Assembly: GCA_050613775.1 (NCBI GenBank)
Contig: JBODTK010000143.1
Span: 186,001-250,000 of the forward strand
DNA from: Neocallimastix sp. 'constans'
Lineage: Eukaryota
Direction: 5' to 3'
Length of the DNA stretch: 64,000 nt
Part shown: in pieces, positions 25,361 to 40,354 of the stretch
How the letters are laid out: the number at the start of each line of letters is the position of its first letter
How positions within the stretch are numbered: the stretch's first letter is position 1
The notes under the pieces: model-generated
What the model was told of the DNA's origin: nothing
The model's input: only the letters and a program-made list of their open reading frames with translations
Database searches by the model: none
Translations under genes and position numbers: made by a program

Positions 25361-28300
25361 CATAGTTAATTTAAATCTCTCTTTATAATAATTATTAATT
25401 AATTCCTTAACAATAGCATTTCCTGTTTCAGTAGCTACCATTAATGGATTATTATTAAATTTATCCCATTCATTTAAATTAATATCGTTTTTCAATAGTG
25501 TACGTAAAAATTCTTCATTACCAGTTCTAATTGCAAATATTAATGGTTCAGTAATTAAGGAAATATTTCCATCTTTACTTCGCATTCTAATTTTTTTATT
25601 CATATAAATTTCAATAAATGTGGAATTTCCCATAATTCTAGATATGAATAGTTCATCTTCAAAGAATTGATGGCTAATATAGTCTCCTTCTTTCATTAAT
25701 AATTCATATAATTTTTTATTTTCGATGGAGAAATATAACATAAAAACAAACGGAGTATAAATAGTATCTTTTATTTCTTTAACTATGTTTTTTCTATTCT
25801 TAATAATAAAACTTCTTGCCTTCGCATAGTTTTGATCATAAATTAATTTATTTAACTGATTAATCATAGTTTTATCTTTATCCACCTGAAAATTGATTTC
25901 ATTATATTCTTTAGTCTTTATGATTTTAGACTTCTCATTAATTTCATTATTATCTGAAGGATTTATAATTTTAGATTTCCCATTAATTTCATTAATTTTA
26001 ATAAATAGATTTTCGTCAAATTGATTTTTGTTTTTTAGAATACTATAACGTTCACAAATTAAACGAATAATCCTTTCATTTCCCATTTTTTCAGCTATAT
26101 CAAGTGGATTATTATTGAATTCATCTGTCTCTCTTAAAACACTCTCATCTTTTAATACTTTACAAATCAGTTTTTCATTACCAACTTTAATCGCAAATAT
26201 TAATGGTGTTTTAATTTGAGAAACTTTTCCACTTTTATCTTTTACTTTAATTTCTTTATTTAAATACTTTGTAATAAAAACGGGATTTTCAATAAGTTGG
26301 GTAAGTGATTTATTACTTTCAAAAATTTGATAATCAATATAGGCATCGCGTTCTATTAATAAATTAAATAATTTTTTATTTCCTTTTGTATGATTGATCA
26401 AATATAGAAGTGGACTATAATTGTATTTATTGGATATATTTACATCGGCATGCTTTCCATTTATTAAATTTCTAGCCTTTTTATAGTATGAATGATAAAT
26501 GTAGTAAAGGAGTGGTGTATTCTCGTCTTTTCCAAATTTTTTATTAATTAAACCATTATTCTTTTCAATTAATTCAGAAAGAGCATCAGTATTTCCATTA
26601 TCCATGGCTAAATTAATCTTGTTAATGATCGAGTTATCATTGTTAAAAACTTCACAAATTAAACGAATAATCCTTTCATTTCCCATTTTTTCAGCTATAT
26701 CAAGAGGATTATTATTAAATTCATCTGTCTCTCTTAAAACATTCTTATCTTCTAATACTTTACAAATCAGTTTTTCATTACCAACTTTAATCGCAAATAT
26801 TAATGGTGTTTTAATTTGAGAAACTTTTCCACTTTTATCTTTTACTTTAATTTCTTTATTCAAATACTTTGTAATAAAAGTGGAATTTTCAATAAGTTGG
26901 GTAAGTGATTTATTACTTTCAAAAATTTGATAATCAATATAGGCATCGCGTTCTATTAATAAATTAAATAATTTTTTATTTCCTTTTGTATGATTGATCA
27001 AATATAGAAGTGGACTATAATTGTATTTATTGGATATATTTACATCGGCATGCTTTCCATTTATTAAATTTCTAGCCTTTTTATAGTATGAATGATAAAT
27101 GTAGTAAAGGAGTGGTGTATTCTCGTCTTTTCCAAATTTTTTATTAATTAAACCATTATTCTTTTCAATTAATTCAGAAAGAGCATCAGTATTTCCATTA
27201 TCCATGGCTAAATTAATCTTATTTATGATCGAGTTATCATTGTTAAAAACTTCACAAATTAAACGAATAATCCTTTCATTTCCCATTTTTTCAGCTATAT
27301 CAAGAGGATTATTATTAAATTCATCTGTCTCTCTTAAAACATTCTTATCTTCTAATACTTTACAAATCAGTTTTTCATTACCAACTTTAATCGCAAAGAT
27401 TAATGGTGTTTTAATTTGAGAAACTTTTCCACTTTTATCTTTTACTTTAATTTCTTTATTCAAATACTTTGTAATAAAAGTGGAATTTTCAATAAGTTGG
27501 GTAAGTGATTTATTACTTTCAAAAATTTGATAATCAATATAGGCATCGCGTTCTATTAATAAATTAAATAATTTTTTATTTCCTTTTGTATGATTGATCA
27601 AATATAGAAGTGGACTATAATTGTATTTATTGGATATATTTACATCGGCATGCTTTTCTTTTATTAAATCTCTAGCCTTTTTATAGTATGAATGATAAAT
27701 GTAGTAAAGGAGTGGTGTACTCTCGTCTCTTCCAAATTTTTTATTAATTAACCCATTATTCTTTTCAATTAAATCAGAAAGAGCATCAGTATTTCCATTA
27801 TCCATGGCTAAATTAACCTTGTTAATGATTGAATTTTCATTGCTACTACTATTTTTATTATTATTATTTTTATTATTATTTTTATTATTTTTATTATTCT
27901 TAATTTTTATATCTGATGGTTGTACATTATATTTACTTATGACTTGATAGGATTTATTACTTATTTCTTTAGTGATCTTTTCTTTCTCATTATCATCAAA
28001 TACACTTTCCTTATTCAAATAGAAATCTAAATTCATCATATGCTTTTTTGAGTATCCTTCCCTTAATAGCATCTTTCTCTTATATTCCTTTTTATGATAA
28101 TGATGCTTTATTACTTTCTTCTTTTTCTGTATAGCTTTAGAAAAAGATTGAGTCTCGTAATTTTTGTAGTATTTTTCAAAATGTCTTTTAATTAAATTTA
28201 AATAGTAGAAATAATCTCTTTGTTTGGCTATTATTAATGGATTATCCTCTGAGAAACCTAAATTCTCAATTGGAATTTCTCTCTTTAGAAGAGTATGAAT

Positions 28301-31300
28301 CAACCGACAATTATTCATTTTAACTGCAAATAATATTGGATCAGTAATGAGATAATTTATTTCCTCTCCATTTTCATTCGTTAGACGTACAGATACTTTT
28401 TGTCGAATAAGTAAATCTATAAATGAAGCATTCTTACAGAGAAGTTTAACGAACCAATCATTTTGAAATAACTCAATATCGATAAATGCCCCATGATCTA
28501 AAAGAAATTCATAGAGCTGTTTTTGCTCTCTCTGATATTTTAGCATATAAATGAATGGGGTATTCTGATACCTATCTCGTATATTTACTTGAATTTGGTC
28601 ACAAGAATCCAATAAAATTTTGGCATTTTCATAATCTTCTTTATAAATTAAAATCATTAGTGGCGAAAAATGATATTCACCATAGGTTTCATTAACCGCT
28701 TCACCGCAGTATTCCTTCTTTTGAAGATAATACCGAATCAAAAAGTTGTCATTTTGAATACAGGCTAAATGTAAAGGTGGATAATAATAATGATCCTGTG
28801 GGGTATAAAGATTAAGATCATAATATTCATTGAACTTACTTCTTTTTTTGTTTTTTAACCTTCTTCCGCTTTTATCTGTTCTACTATTGTTCGTTTTTGC
28901 CATCGTTTCTAATGAAAAATGAATAACGGCTTTTATCCATGTCCAATTGTTTAAATGAATAGAAAATTGTATGGGATTCGTAATCAACTTAGGGAGAGAA
29001 TCATTCCCATATTTAATGAGAATCTTTTTTTCTAAAAAAAATTGAAGAAATAATGGATGTTGAAGTAACTTCTGAAGAAAGGCATCTTCATAAAATAAGT
29101 AATACGGAATGAAGGCCCCATGCTGAAGTAAGAGTTCAAATAGTTCCTCTTCAATTTTTTTCAGTTGCTTTTGTTTTTGTTTTTGTTTTTGCCTTTGTTC
29201 TTGTTTTTCATTTTGTGATTGATAATAATTGTAATATTTTAACATAAATAAAAATGGGGTATTACCATATTTATCCATAGAATTGACATTTATAGATTCC
29301 TCTCCAGTATTACGTAATAATCGTAATGCATTCTTATAATCCTTATTATAAATTAATATCATTAAGGGGGAAAAGTTATATTCTTCATATTTTTTATTTA
29401 AATCTTTTCCTGAAGTAATCCATTCTCTTATTTTATTTTCATCCACTGAAATAAAATTCCTTTCTAAACCAAAATATTTCGTTAAATCTAAATCATTATC
29501 TTTATTTATACCATTACTTTTATTTATATCATTACCTTCATTTTCTTCATCAATTCCATTTTCATTGTTATTTTCATTGTTATTTTCATTGTTATTCTCA
29601 TTTTTATTTTCATTTTTATTTTCATTTTTATTTTCATTTTTATTTTCATTTTTATTTTCATTTTTATCTTCATTTTTATCTTCATTTTTATCTTCATTTT
29701 TATCTTCATTTTTATTTTTATTTCTATATTCTAATTCGAATGTATCAAAATAACTTTCATAATTGTACTTTTCTCCTTGAAATAGTTTAATCATCTTTTT
29801 ATTATTCATCTCTTTAGCTAAAGTTAAAAGAATATTTTGATAAATAGAAGTACTTCTAACTTTTTCTTTACCTTTCTTTTTTTTTTTCTCATTATTATCA
29901 ATAGTAGAGGTATTAGTAGTAGAGGAAGAATTATCTAATAATGCTTTCACTAATTTATACTGATTAGTAAGAATGGAAAATATTAATGGCTCCTTAATTA
30001 AAAATATATCTTTTTTTTCATTGTTTAATATATTTTTAATTTTTTTCTTTTTTTTTTTTTTATCATTATTTTTATAGTTTTTCATATCTCCTAATATCCT
30101 ATTCATTATGTCATTCTTTCTATCTTCAAACTTAATCATAATTTTTTTTTTAGAAAAAAGATTTAAAAAAGTTTGATTTTGTAACAACCGTTTTACAAAT
30201 TTTTTGTCTTGAAAAAGTGATTGATCAATGAAGGCCCCATGTTTCAAAAGCAATTTATAAAACTCCTTATTTATTTTGGATGGCTCCCTATGTCTTAATA
30301 AAAATTCAAAGGGTGTAAAACCATGGGAATCCCTTTGATTCACCTCTGGCTTTCCATGTTTTATAAACCATTTCGCTAAATCATAGGCTTCATTAAATAT
30401 AAGAGTCATCAACGGTGAAAATTGATATCGTCCCCAGGGTTCATCAACACTATTTATATATTTGTTTTTTTTAAGTTTGTTTTTAGAATCTCTTTCATCA
30501 TCTCTTTTTTCCTTTTCCTTTTTCTTTTCCTTTTCTTCTTCTTCATCATCATCTTCATCTTCGTTTCCTTCTTCATCATCATCTTCATCTTCGTTTCCTT
30601 CTTCATCATCATCATTTTCTTCTTCTTCTTCTTCTTCTTCTTCTTTATCTTCATCTTCTATTTCATTTTCTTTTTTATTATCTGCTTTTGTAATCTGTTC
30701 TAAAATTTTTTTAATTTTTTTTTTATTTTCTTTAATGCAGGCTTTATGTAACTTCGGAATGCCTTTGATATTTATTTCTGAAATTTTATAATATTTATCT
30801 AAATATATTTTATTACTTTTAATTTTAATTTCTTGTATTTTTGTATCAATAATTTTATTTTCTTCCTCCTTATCCCTTTTCTTTGAATAATAATAGCTTT
30901 CTAATAATCTTAGAATCTTTTTATTTTTCGTTGTTTTTTTTGCTATCCTCAATGGATTATTCTTTTTTGTATCTCTTTCATCAATAAAATTAATATTGAT
31001 GACACCATCAGTTGCGTTGGGACTTTTTCCTTTCATAATTCGGTTTTCCATCATACTAAAGAATAGTAATCGCTCCACTAATGGATAAAAATTTAATTTT
31101 ATAGCAAAAATAAGTGGAGCTTTAACTTGCCTCAAGCCTACTCTTTTTCTATACCTTACTCGTAATTTTTTATGGAAAAGAAAATAAAAGAAGATAGGAT
31201 TTCTCATCAATATTCTTAAATTTTTTTTACTTTGAAAATGTTGATAATTCAGAAAGGACCCTTGTTCCAGTAGTAACTCACATATCTCTTTATTTGTATT

Positions 31301-31858
31301 CTTATAGTTGAATTGTCGTTTTAGTATAATATTATAATAGACAAATCTCTCTTTTTCATCTAAAAAAGAATATTTCTTAATTAAATATTTTGCTAGGTTG
31401 AAATTTTTATTTACAATGGAAATAAATAAGTCGTTTAGTATGGTTTCATTGTATTGTTTTGGAGGATAATACTTTAATTTATTGCTATTACGTAACCTAA
31501 CATTAGAGAACACTTTCATACAATATTTTTTTTCTTTGTAATAATTGTAAAGCTTTTCATTAAAATTATCTTCAATATATTTATCATAAGTAACCTTGGG
31601 TTCATGAATAATAACTTTTATTTCACTTTTTTCTTCATTTTTCTCTTTTAAAATTGTATTATCACTTTCTTCTATTGAGTTTTCTTTATTCTTTGTAGTG
31701 GTTTTCACCAATTCTTTATTTTTATTTTTATTTTTATTTTCATTTTCATTTTCATTTTCATTTTTATTTTTATTTTTATTTTTATTTTTATTTTTATTTT
31801 TACTTTTTTCCTTTTTTTTTTCAATTTTTTCTTTTTTCTTTTTTAAACTTTTTGCCAT
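24161..31858 (-). CDS. Giant intronless modular ankyrin-repeat protein, 2565 aa
   Basis: About nine ~170-200-aa modules (P.LH.AC / PLM.LI / VN..D....TPF / LL..GA.ID / PLIFAI / NPL.IA) separated by N-, K- and E/D-rich linkers. Confidence 0.88.
26051..27832. repeat. Three near-identical in-frame 600-bp tandem repeats
   Basis: AAACGAATAATCCTTTCATT occurs at 26061, 26661 and 27261. Each unit encodes 200 aa. Confidence 0.97.
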
Positions 31859-31917
31859 TTATTGTTTTACTATAATCTTGACTTTTCTTTTGTATTTATA
31901 TAATATTAAAAATTGAT

Positions 31918-31951
<34 letters not shown>

Positions 31952-32872
31952 TATATATTTATGTTTATGTTTATATTTATATTTATGTTTATATTTATAT
32001 TTATGTTTATATTTATATTTATATTTATATTTATATTTTTTTCTTACCTCATTATAATAAACATAAACAAATTGAACTAATTCAAATTATTGTTGAGTAT
32101 AAACTTTATAAAAAAATTGGATTTCGAATTTTAAATTTATATAAATTTTTTTTATTTATATTTTTAAAGAATTAAATAAAAAATAAAATAAAATAAAATA
32201 AGACCAATAAATAAAAAATTTTGATTTTAAATGATATTTTAACTATCTTAATTGAAATAAAAGTTCGGATTAACTTGAATAAATACAGATAAAACAATTA
32301 AAAATATAATAATAAAAACAAAATTAAATTAATTAAAAAAAAGGACGTAATAAAAAAAAAAAGTATATAAAAATCAAATTTAATAAATTTCAAATTTCCA
32401 AATTTAATTAATAATTTTAATTAATATTATTAATAATATAATAATGATTATTTATTATTTATTATTATTAATTATTTATTATTTATTATTTATTATTTAT
32501 TATTTATTATTTATTATTTATTATTTATTATTTATTATTTATTATTTATTATTTATTATTTATTATTTATTATTTATTATTTATTATTTATTATTTATTA
32601 TTTATTATTTATTATTTATTATTCAATTATTTATTATTTATTATTCAATTATTTATTATTTATTATTCAATTATTTATTATTTATTATTTATTATTATTT
32701 TTTTTATATTTATTTTTTTTTTTTTTTTTTAATTTTCTTTTCTTTTCTGTAGATTTGGACATACCAAATATTGTTTTATAATAATAAAATAATTTATATG
32801 ATATACGTGAAAAATATTGGTGTTGCTTTTTTTTTTTTTTTTTTTTTAGACTTTATCTCATGATTTCTACAT

Positions 32873-33488
32873 TGATATACGGGACTTTTATGTGCTACTA
32901 ATTTTTAATAATATCATTATATCATTATATTTAATTAACCTTTATTAATATATTTTAATTTATAAACCCAATTAACCAAGGGTCTTCTCCAAATTACAAT
33001 AAAGAAGAGTCCTTATTAGGAAATCAATAATAAATATTTATTTAAAATATAATCTATCGAAGTATAATATTATATAATAAATATATATTAGAAATAATAA
33101 ATATAAATATATAAGAATATAATTATATAATAAATATAAATATAATAAATAATATCAAACTATATATAGATTTAATTATAATTAAAATAATTAAAACTAT
33201 TTCATTATATTATAATATATAGAAGAATTATGTATTTTTAATATAAACTTTAAAATAAATAAGAATATTTAAGATATATATATAGAATATTCTTATTATA
33301 TATATTTAGAAGAAATTATTTAATAAAATATATTTAATATTATAATGAATAATATAAATATGAATATTGAATAATATATGAATAAGAAATTATTTTAAAT
33401 ATTATTATTGACAAGAGATATAAATTTAATATTTAATAATTATAATTAAATATACAAATATGTTGCTACACATATTTGTTTTATATCA
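32873..33488. mobile_element. Solo-LTR-like element, copy 3 (complete, 616 bp)
   Basis: 7-bp terminal IR TGATATA...TATATCA. Perfect ACAT duplication at 32869-32872 and 33489-33492. Subterminal hairpin ACAAATATGT-tgctac-ACATATTTGT. Confidence 0.8.
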
Positions 33489-33492
33489 ACAT

Positions 33493-33990
33493 CATTGGTG
33501 GGTCACATGAGTGTATAAAGGAACCGAACCTTACATGTCTTATCATTTTGACGTCGACGCTCTACTACCTCTAAGAGGGATTTAAAGTACTAGGCATGGT
33601 CCCCAACAAATTACGAAAATCCGGACTGACCATCATACCACCCACCCCTCTATCATCGGGAATAGCAGAAATCTTAATTAGTTTTGGATTTGGTATAATT
33701 AAGGAAATTGATTATATTATTTACAATTTAGATATAACTTAAGTATCTAGACAGGTTTGTGCCGTTTTTCCTAATATATGCCCAAAACACCTTAGTTTTG
33801 ACCAGAGTCCAATTCACCCACAAATCCATCATACTTAATCCAATATACTTACCTGTAATTGCTCTATCAACGCATTATCATAAGGTCAAAGAGCGAGGTC
33901 GAACCAGGAGCCTTATGCTCTAAGACGCAACGCCTACCAGCCAGGATAGAACCTGAAACGACTGAGTTTTGCAATTCCCAAAATATGGCT
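33493..33990. other. GC-elevated non-coding island with tRNA-like (Pol III box) motifs; possible SINE relic
   Basis: Minus-strand CCTGGCTGGTAGG...GGTTCGACC (33897-33946) and GGTAGTAGAGCG...GGTTCGGTTCC (33520-33569). No ORF. Confidence 0.4.
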
Positions 33991-34565
33991 TATTAAACTT
34001 TTAAAAAATAAATTAATAATTAAATAAATTAATAAATAAATAAATTAATAAATAAATAAATAAATTAACAAATAAATAATTTTTATAATTATTTTTTTAT
34101 TTATATTTAATTATTTTTTATTTATTTTTATTATTTTAATTTAATCATTTATTATAAATATATAAATAATTATTATTTAGTCTTTTATCTTAAAAAGTAA
34201 TAAATATAATAAATAAAACAGTTTTATATATTTCTTTATTTATATATAATTGTATCAAAAAATATTAAAAAATTTATGGTTAAATAAAAAAATACTAATG
34301 CCACATTTCGAAATTAAATTACTGTAAACTATATGAAAGTCTAAAAAAAAATGATATACATAAAATTTTGTAATATATATGAAAAATAAGATTCAAATAT
34401 ATTAAAACATATTGTAATATAAATAAATAATGAATAAGCCACAATGTATAAATATAAAATCAATTAAATGGTAGTAATTATATAAAATATATTATTAATA
34501 TAGTTAATTTGAGCTTCATTTTTCATCAGTTAGGAATATAGAAATAATTTAATAATTTAAAATTG

Positions 34566-34599
<34 letters not shown>

Positions 34600-36068
34600 A
34601 AATATATAAATAAAAGGTTATAAATGATTTTATAATATTATAAAAATTTAAAGTTTATATAGAGCAAACCAAATAAAAGAAAATAAAAAGAAAATATATT
34701 AATGAAATGTTATAATTATCTTTTCATGTTCATTATATATAAAATAATTTAAACAATATTTAAAAAAAAAAAAAAAAAATAAAAAAATAAAAAAAAGATG
34801 AATAATCAATTTTTTAAAGGAAAATAAAAAAAAAATATATATAGAAAATTTTATTAACATAATTTTTCATAAATATAATCAAATTTGATTTAGACTTATT
34901 AATATCTTATTATTTATATTTATTTATTTATTTATATTTATTTATTTATTTATATTTATTTATTTATTTAATTATAATTATTTCTTTAATTTTATATTTA
35001 TTTTTTTATTTATATTTATTTATATATTTATATTTATTTATTTATATTTATTTATTTATTTATTTATTTATTTATATTTATTTATTTATTTATATTTATT
35101 TATTTATTATTTTTATATTTATTATTAGTATTTTATTTTGTTATATTCTATATAGTATATATTAAATATATATTAATATATGGAATTATATAAAGCATTT
35201 AATTTTTTAATATATATTTAATATAAGGTAAATATAATGATGATATATTATATTTCAAATATTTATTAAATTTTTAAATTTTAAAATGAAAATTTTAAAT
35301 ACAAAGAAAAATATTCTTTTTATATTTTTATCCAATACTAATTTAAAAAATACATATAAATATATATAATAACAAATAAAAATAGTTCTAACACTAAATA
35401 ATAAAAAGTATTTTATTACTAAATAAGGTTATATATAAGACATTCAATATAATAAAGATTTTCTCTTTATATCATTCTTAATAATATTTTTCATCATATT
35501 ATATTTTTTATATTTATTATATTTATTTTATTTATTATCATCATCATCATCATCGTCCATAAAAAATATTTTATATAATGACTAATAATGGGAAATTTTA
35601 TTTTATAGTATCACAAAGATTAATATATAAAAAATTAAGAATTTAGACTTTATATATATACATACAATGAAAAATAATATTGATTTTTAAAATTAGCCTA
35701 TTAAAAATCCTATTTCATTTAATTTAACAAGTAATAAATAATAATGAAATTTAATTCATTGATACTTCATTTTTATTATTATGAAATTATAATATGTTTT
35801 ATCCATTTTAAAATAAATTATATATTTTTTTTTTCATTAAAATCCCAATTTATATAAAAAACATCAAAATAGGCTTCAAAAATTTTTATTTTTCAATTCA
35901 TATTCAATTTATCTTAATTACTTCAATAATTAACTATTTTAACAAATATATATTTATTATAGATTAATCATTAAATTAAATAACAATTTATAAATTAATT
36001 ATTATTCTTCATTCTTACTATTAAATTAATAAAATACTTATATAAAAAATATATATATTTTTTTCAAA

Positions 36069-37392
36069 ATGAATACTCTTATTCAAACTAATAATACTTT
36101 TGATTTTTCTTCTTCTTTATCTTCTTCTGTTAACCATCGTAGAAATGAAAATCAAAAAAAATATTTAAACATGTTAATTTTTGCTTCTCAATACAATCAT
36201 TTAGATACTATTAAATGTCTTATTGATTTAAAAGTTGATTTAAATCAAAAAGACAAAACTGGTTCTACTCCTTTAATGTATGCTTCTCAAAAGGGTTACT
36301 ACTCTATTGTCCAGTGCTTAATTAATAATGGTGCTAACATAAATGAAACTAATAATTATGGTTTAACTGCTTTAATGTATGCTTCTCTTTATGGTCATAT
36401 CTCTACTGTTGGTTATTTACTATTTAAAGGAGCTCTCATTGATCAAAAAGATCATGAAGGTTCCACAGCTTTATTTTATGCTATATCTTCCAAGCGTCTT
36501 GATATTGTTCAATATTTAATTAATCATGGTGCTAACTCTTCCATTATTAATAAAAATAATGTAACTTCTTTTAAGCTTGCATCCGATAAGCATTATGATG
36601 ATATAACTTATTATTTATTACATCATACTATTATAAATAAAAGAAAAGAATCTCTTTTAACTAATAATAAAGTTAATGACTCAAATAATAATAATAAAAT
36701 AAACTCCACTACGATTACTTCTACTTCAAAAACTACATTATCATCAGAAAAAGAAAAAATAAAGAATGTTAATGATTATAATCAAAATAATACCATTCAA
36801 ATTAAAAATCATGAAAAAAATTATATGATGTCAAATCATAAAAAGTTTAACCTTAAAAGTAAGAAAAATACTTCAAATTACGACAATGGTTTCAACATAT
36901 TTAATAAGAAATTAAATTCAAAAAAATCTCTTAAATCCTTGAAAGTTATCAATTATGATGACTCCAGATATAAAAAAGCCAATGATATCTCTGTTCATAC
37001 TCATTCTCGTGATATTATTAAATGCTACATTGATATAGATTCATTCTCTAATGAATGGAATGACCTTGATGGAAAAAGATATAGTTTCAGTTCTATTATT
37101 GATGAATACAGAGATGCTTGTGATGGCCAAAGTAAGAAATTTTTCCATAAATTATTTATATAAAAATAACAAATTTTCAAAAATAATAGTTTATTTAAAT
37201 GAAGAACATAACTCACTTCATGGTAAAGATGAAGATGAGTACAATATGAATAGTGAAATGGACTTTGAAGAAATTAAGAAAAGATTTCAATCTTCTTGTT
37301 CAGATTCTAAAAATGATAAAATTCATCAATTTTTTAGTAATGTTATATTAAATATAAAATCTTATAACAAACAAAATAGTAAAGAAAATTAA
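36069..37392 (+). CDS. Ankyrin-repeat protein, 2 exons (36069-37131, 37190-37392), ~421 aa
   Basis: Canonical ankyrins GSTPLMYASQKG, GLTALMYASLYGH and GSTALFYAISS. A 58-bp GTAAGA...TAG intron (37132-37189) joins the two listed ORFs in frame (DGQ-I-YLNEEH). Confidence 0.85.
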
Positions 37393-37397
37393 TTTAA

Positions 37398-37455
<58 letters not shown>

Positions 37456-38454
37456 GAAATACATATGAATAAATTTAAATATATATATTTAAATAAATAA
37501 ATAAATAAATAAAATATTCATAATTTTAATATATTAAGAAGTGTTTAAATTTTTGAAGATTAATTATTTATTAAATATTTTATTGTAATATAAATTTAAA
37601 TAATATTTTTTCTTCATATTAAATATATAATACATTAAATGTATATATATATAAGAAAAGAAAACAGAAAAAATCAACTATTATTAATATATAATTAAAA
37701 TTTTAAAATATTTATATAGAAATGAAATGAAAAGCTTAAAATAATAAATTAGCTTAGAAATTAACATGTAATAATATAAATATATGAATATTAATATTAA
37801 TTATTAATATTATATTTAATCAAAAAGGAATGTAAAAATAATTTAATAATTTAAAACAATTAAAAAAAAATATATACATATATATATATATAAGAAAAAT
37901 ATATCCATATTTTTTTTTTTTATTTTTACTTTATTATAATTATAAATTTTTTATTTTCATTATACTTCATGAGTTAACAAAGCATTTATAATTATAGATA
38001 TTCCAAACACCACCATAAACACCCCCCTTTTTTTTTGTTAAAAAAAAAAAAGAATTTAAGATATAGAACGTATAAAATTAATCTATTTTCTTATACCCTT
38101 TTTTATTATTATTATTATTTTATTTAATTATTACAAAAATAGAATATGCATTATTTAAAAAGTAAATACCATATTTAAAAATAAATTAATAATAATTAGA
38201 TGATATAAAATAAAAAAAAAAAAATAAATATAAATATATAGAAAAAAAAACCTCATATTTAGAAATTGCTATTATTTTTATTTTAAATATATACCTATAT
38301 ACATATATTTAGGATTATTATCAATATATATATATATTTTTTTTTCACTATGGTTATAATTATCTTGATCTTACTGTTTTATATTTTTTTATAATATTTA
38401 ATAATATAATTTATAATATAGTATAAATAATACTTCGATTTTATTACTATTATT

Positions 38455-39640
<1,186 letters not shown>

Positions 39641-39701
39641 TTTCCGTAATTTTATTATATAGAAATAAACTTTACTAAAATAATAATTTTTATTCATTTC
39701 T

Positions 39702-39737
<36 letters not shown>

Positions 39738-40077
39738 AAAGAAAAAATAAAGTATTTATATATTTTTTTTCCTTTTTTTTTTTTTTTTTTTTTTTTAATA
39801 AGAAATGAAGTTGGTGTTCTCTTACCATGGTTAAAAATATTCCTACTTCTAAACTATATAATTATGGTGCGGAGAGCACGTGGTTTGTGAGAAAATTAGT
39901 GTAGTTATTCCTCTATTAAAGAGTCTGACACGAAATGTATAATTTATAATTATGTTATATTTAATGTATAATTTATATAATTATAACATATTTATAATAC
40001 TGTAATGTACAATAGATATAAAATCATATAAACCTTAATATTAATTTAATATATTAAAATTTAAATATAATATTGAA

Positions 40078-40125
<48 letters not shown>

Positions 40126-40288
40126 TTTTCAATTATTTTAATGTTTAATAAAGAAAAATATTAAATAAATATTAAATATTAATTATATATATTAATTTTT
40201 TATAATAAATAAACAAATAAACAAAAACACATTTTTTTTTTTTATTTTTTTATTTTTTTCAACATTTTTATACTATATTATTTTTGTT

Positions 40289-40326
<38 letters not shown>

Positions 40327-40354
40327 AATTTTTTTTAATATATTTATTTATATT

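Noticed and set aside
32444..32752. IIYYLLF-repeat ORF
   Set aside because: Artefact of a 7-bp simple repeat.
34430..34460. GCCACAATGTAT shared with ~6765
   Set aside because: A short match in AT-rich DNA; could be chance.
39860..39935. TGGTGCGGAGAGC as a retroelement primer-binding site or small RNA
   Set aside because: No adjacent LTR or gag, and no assignable tRNA or snoRNA structure.
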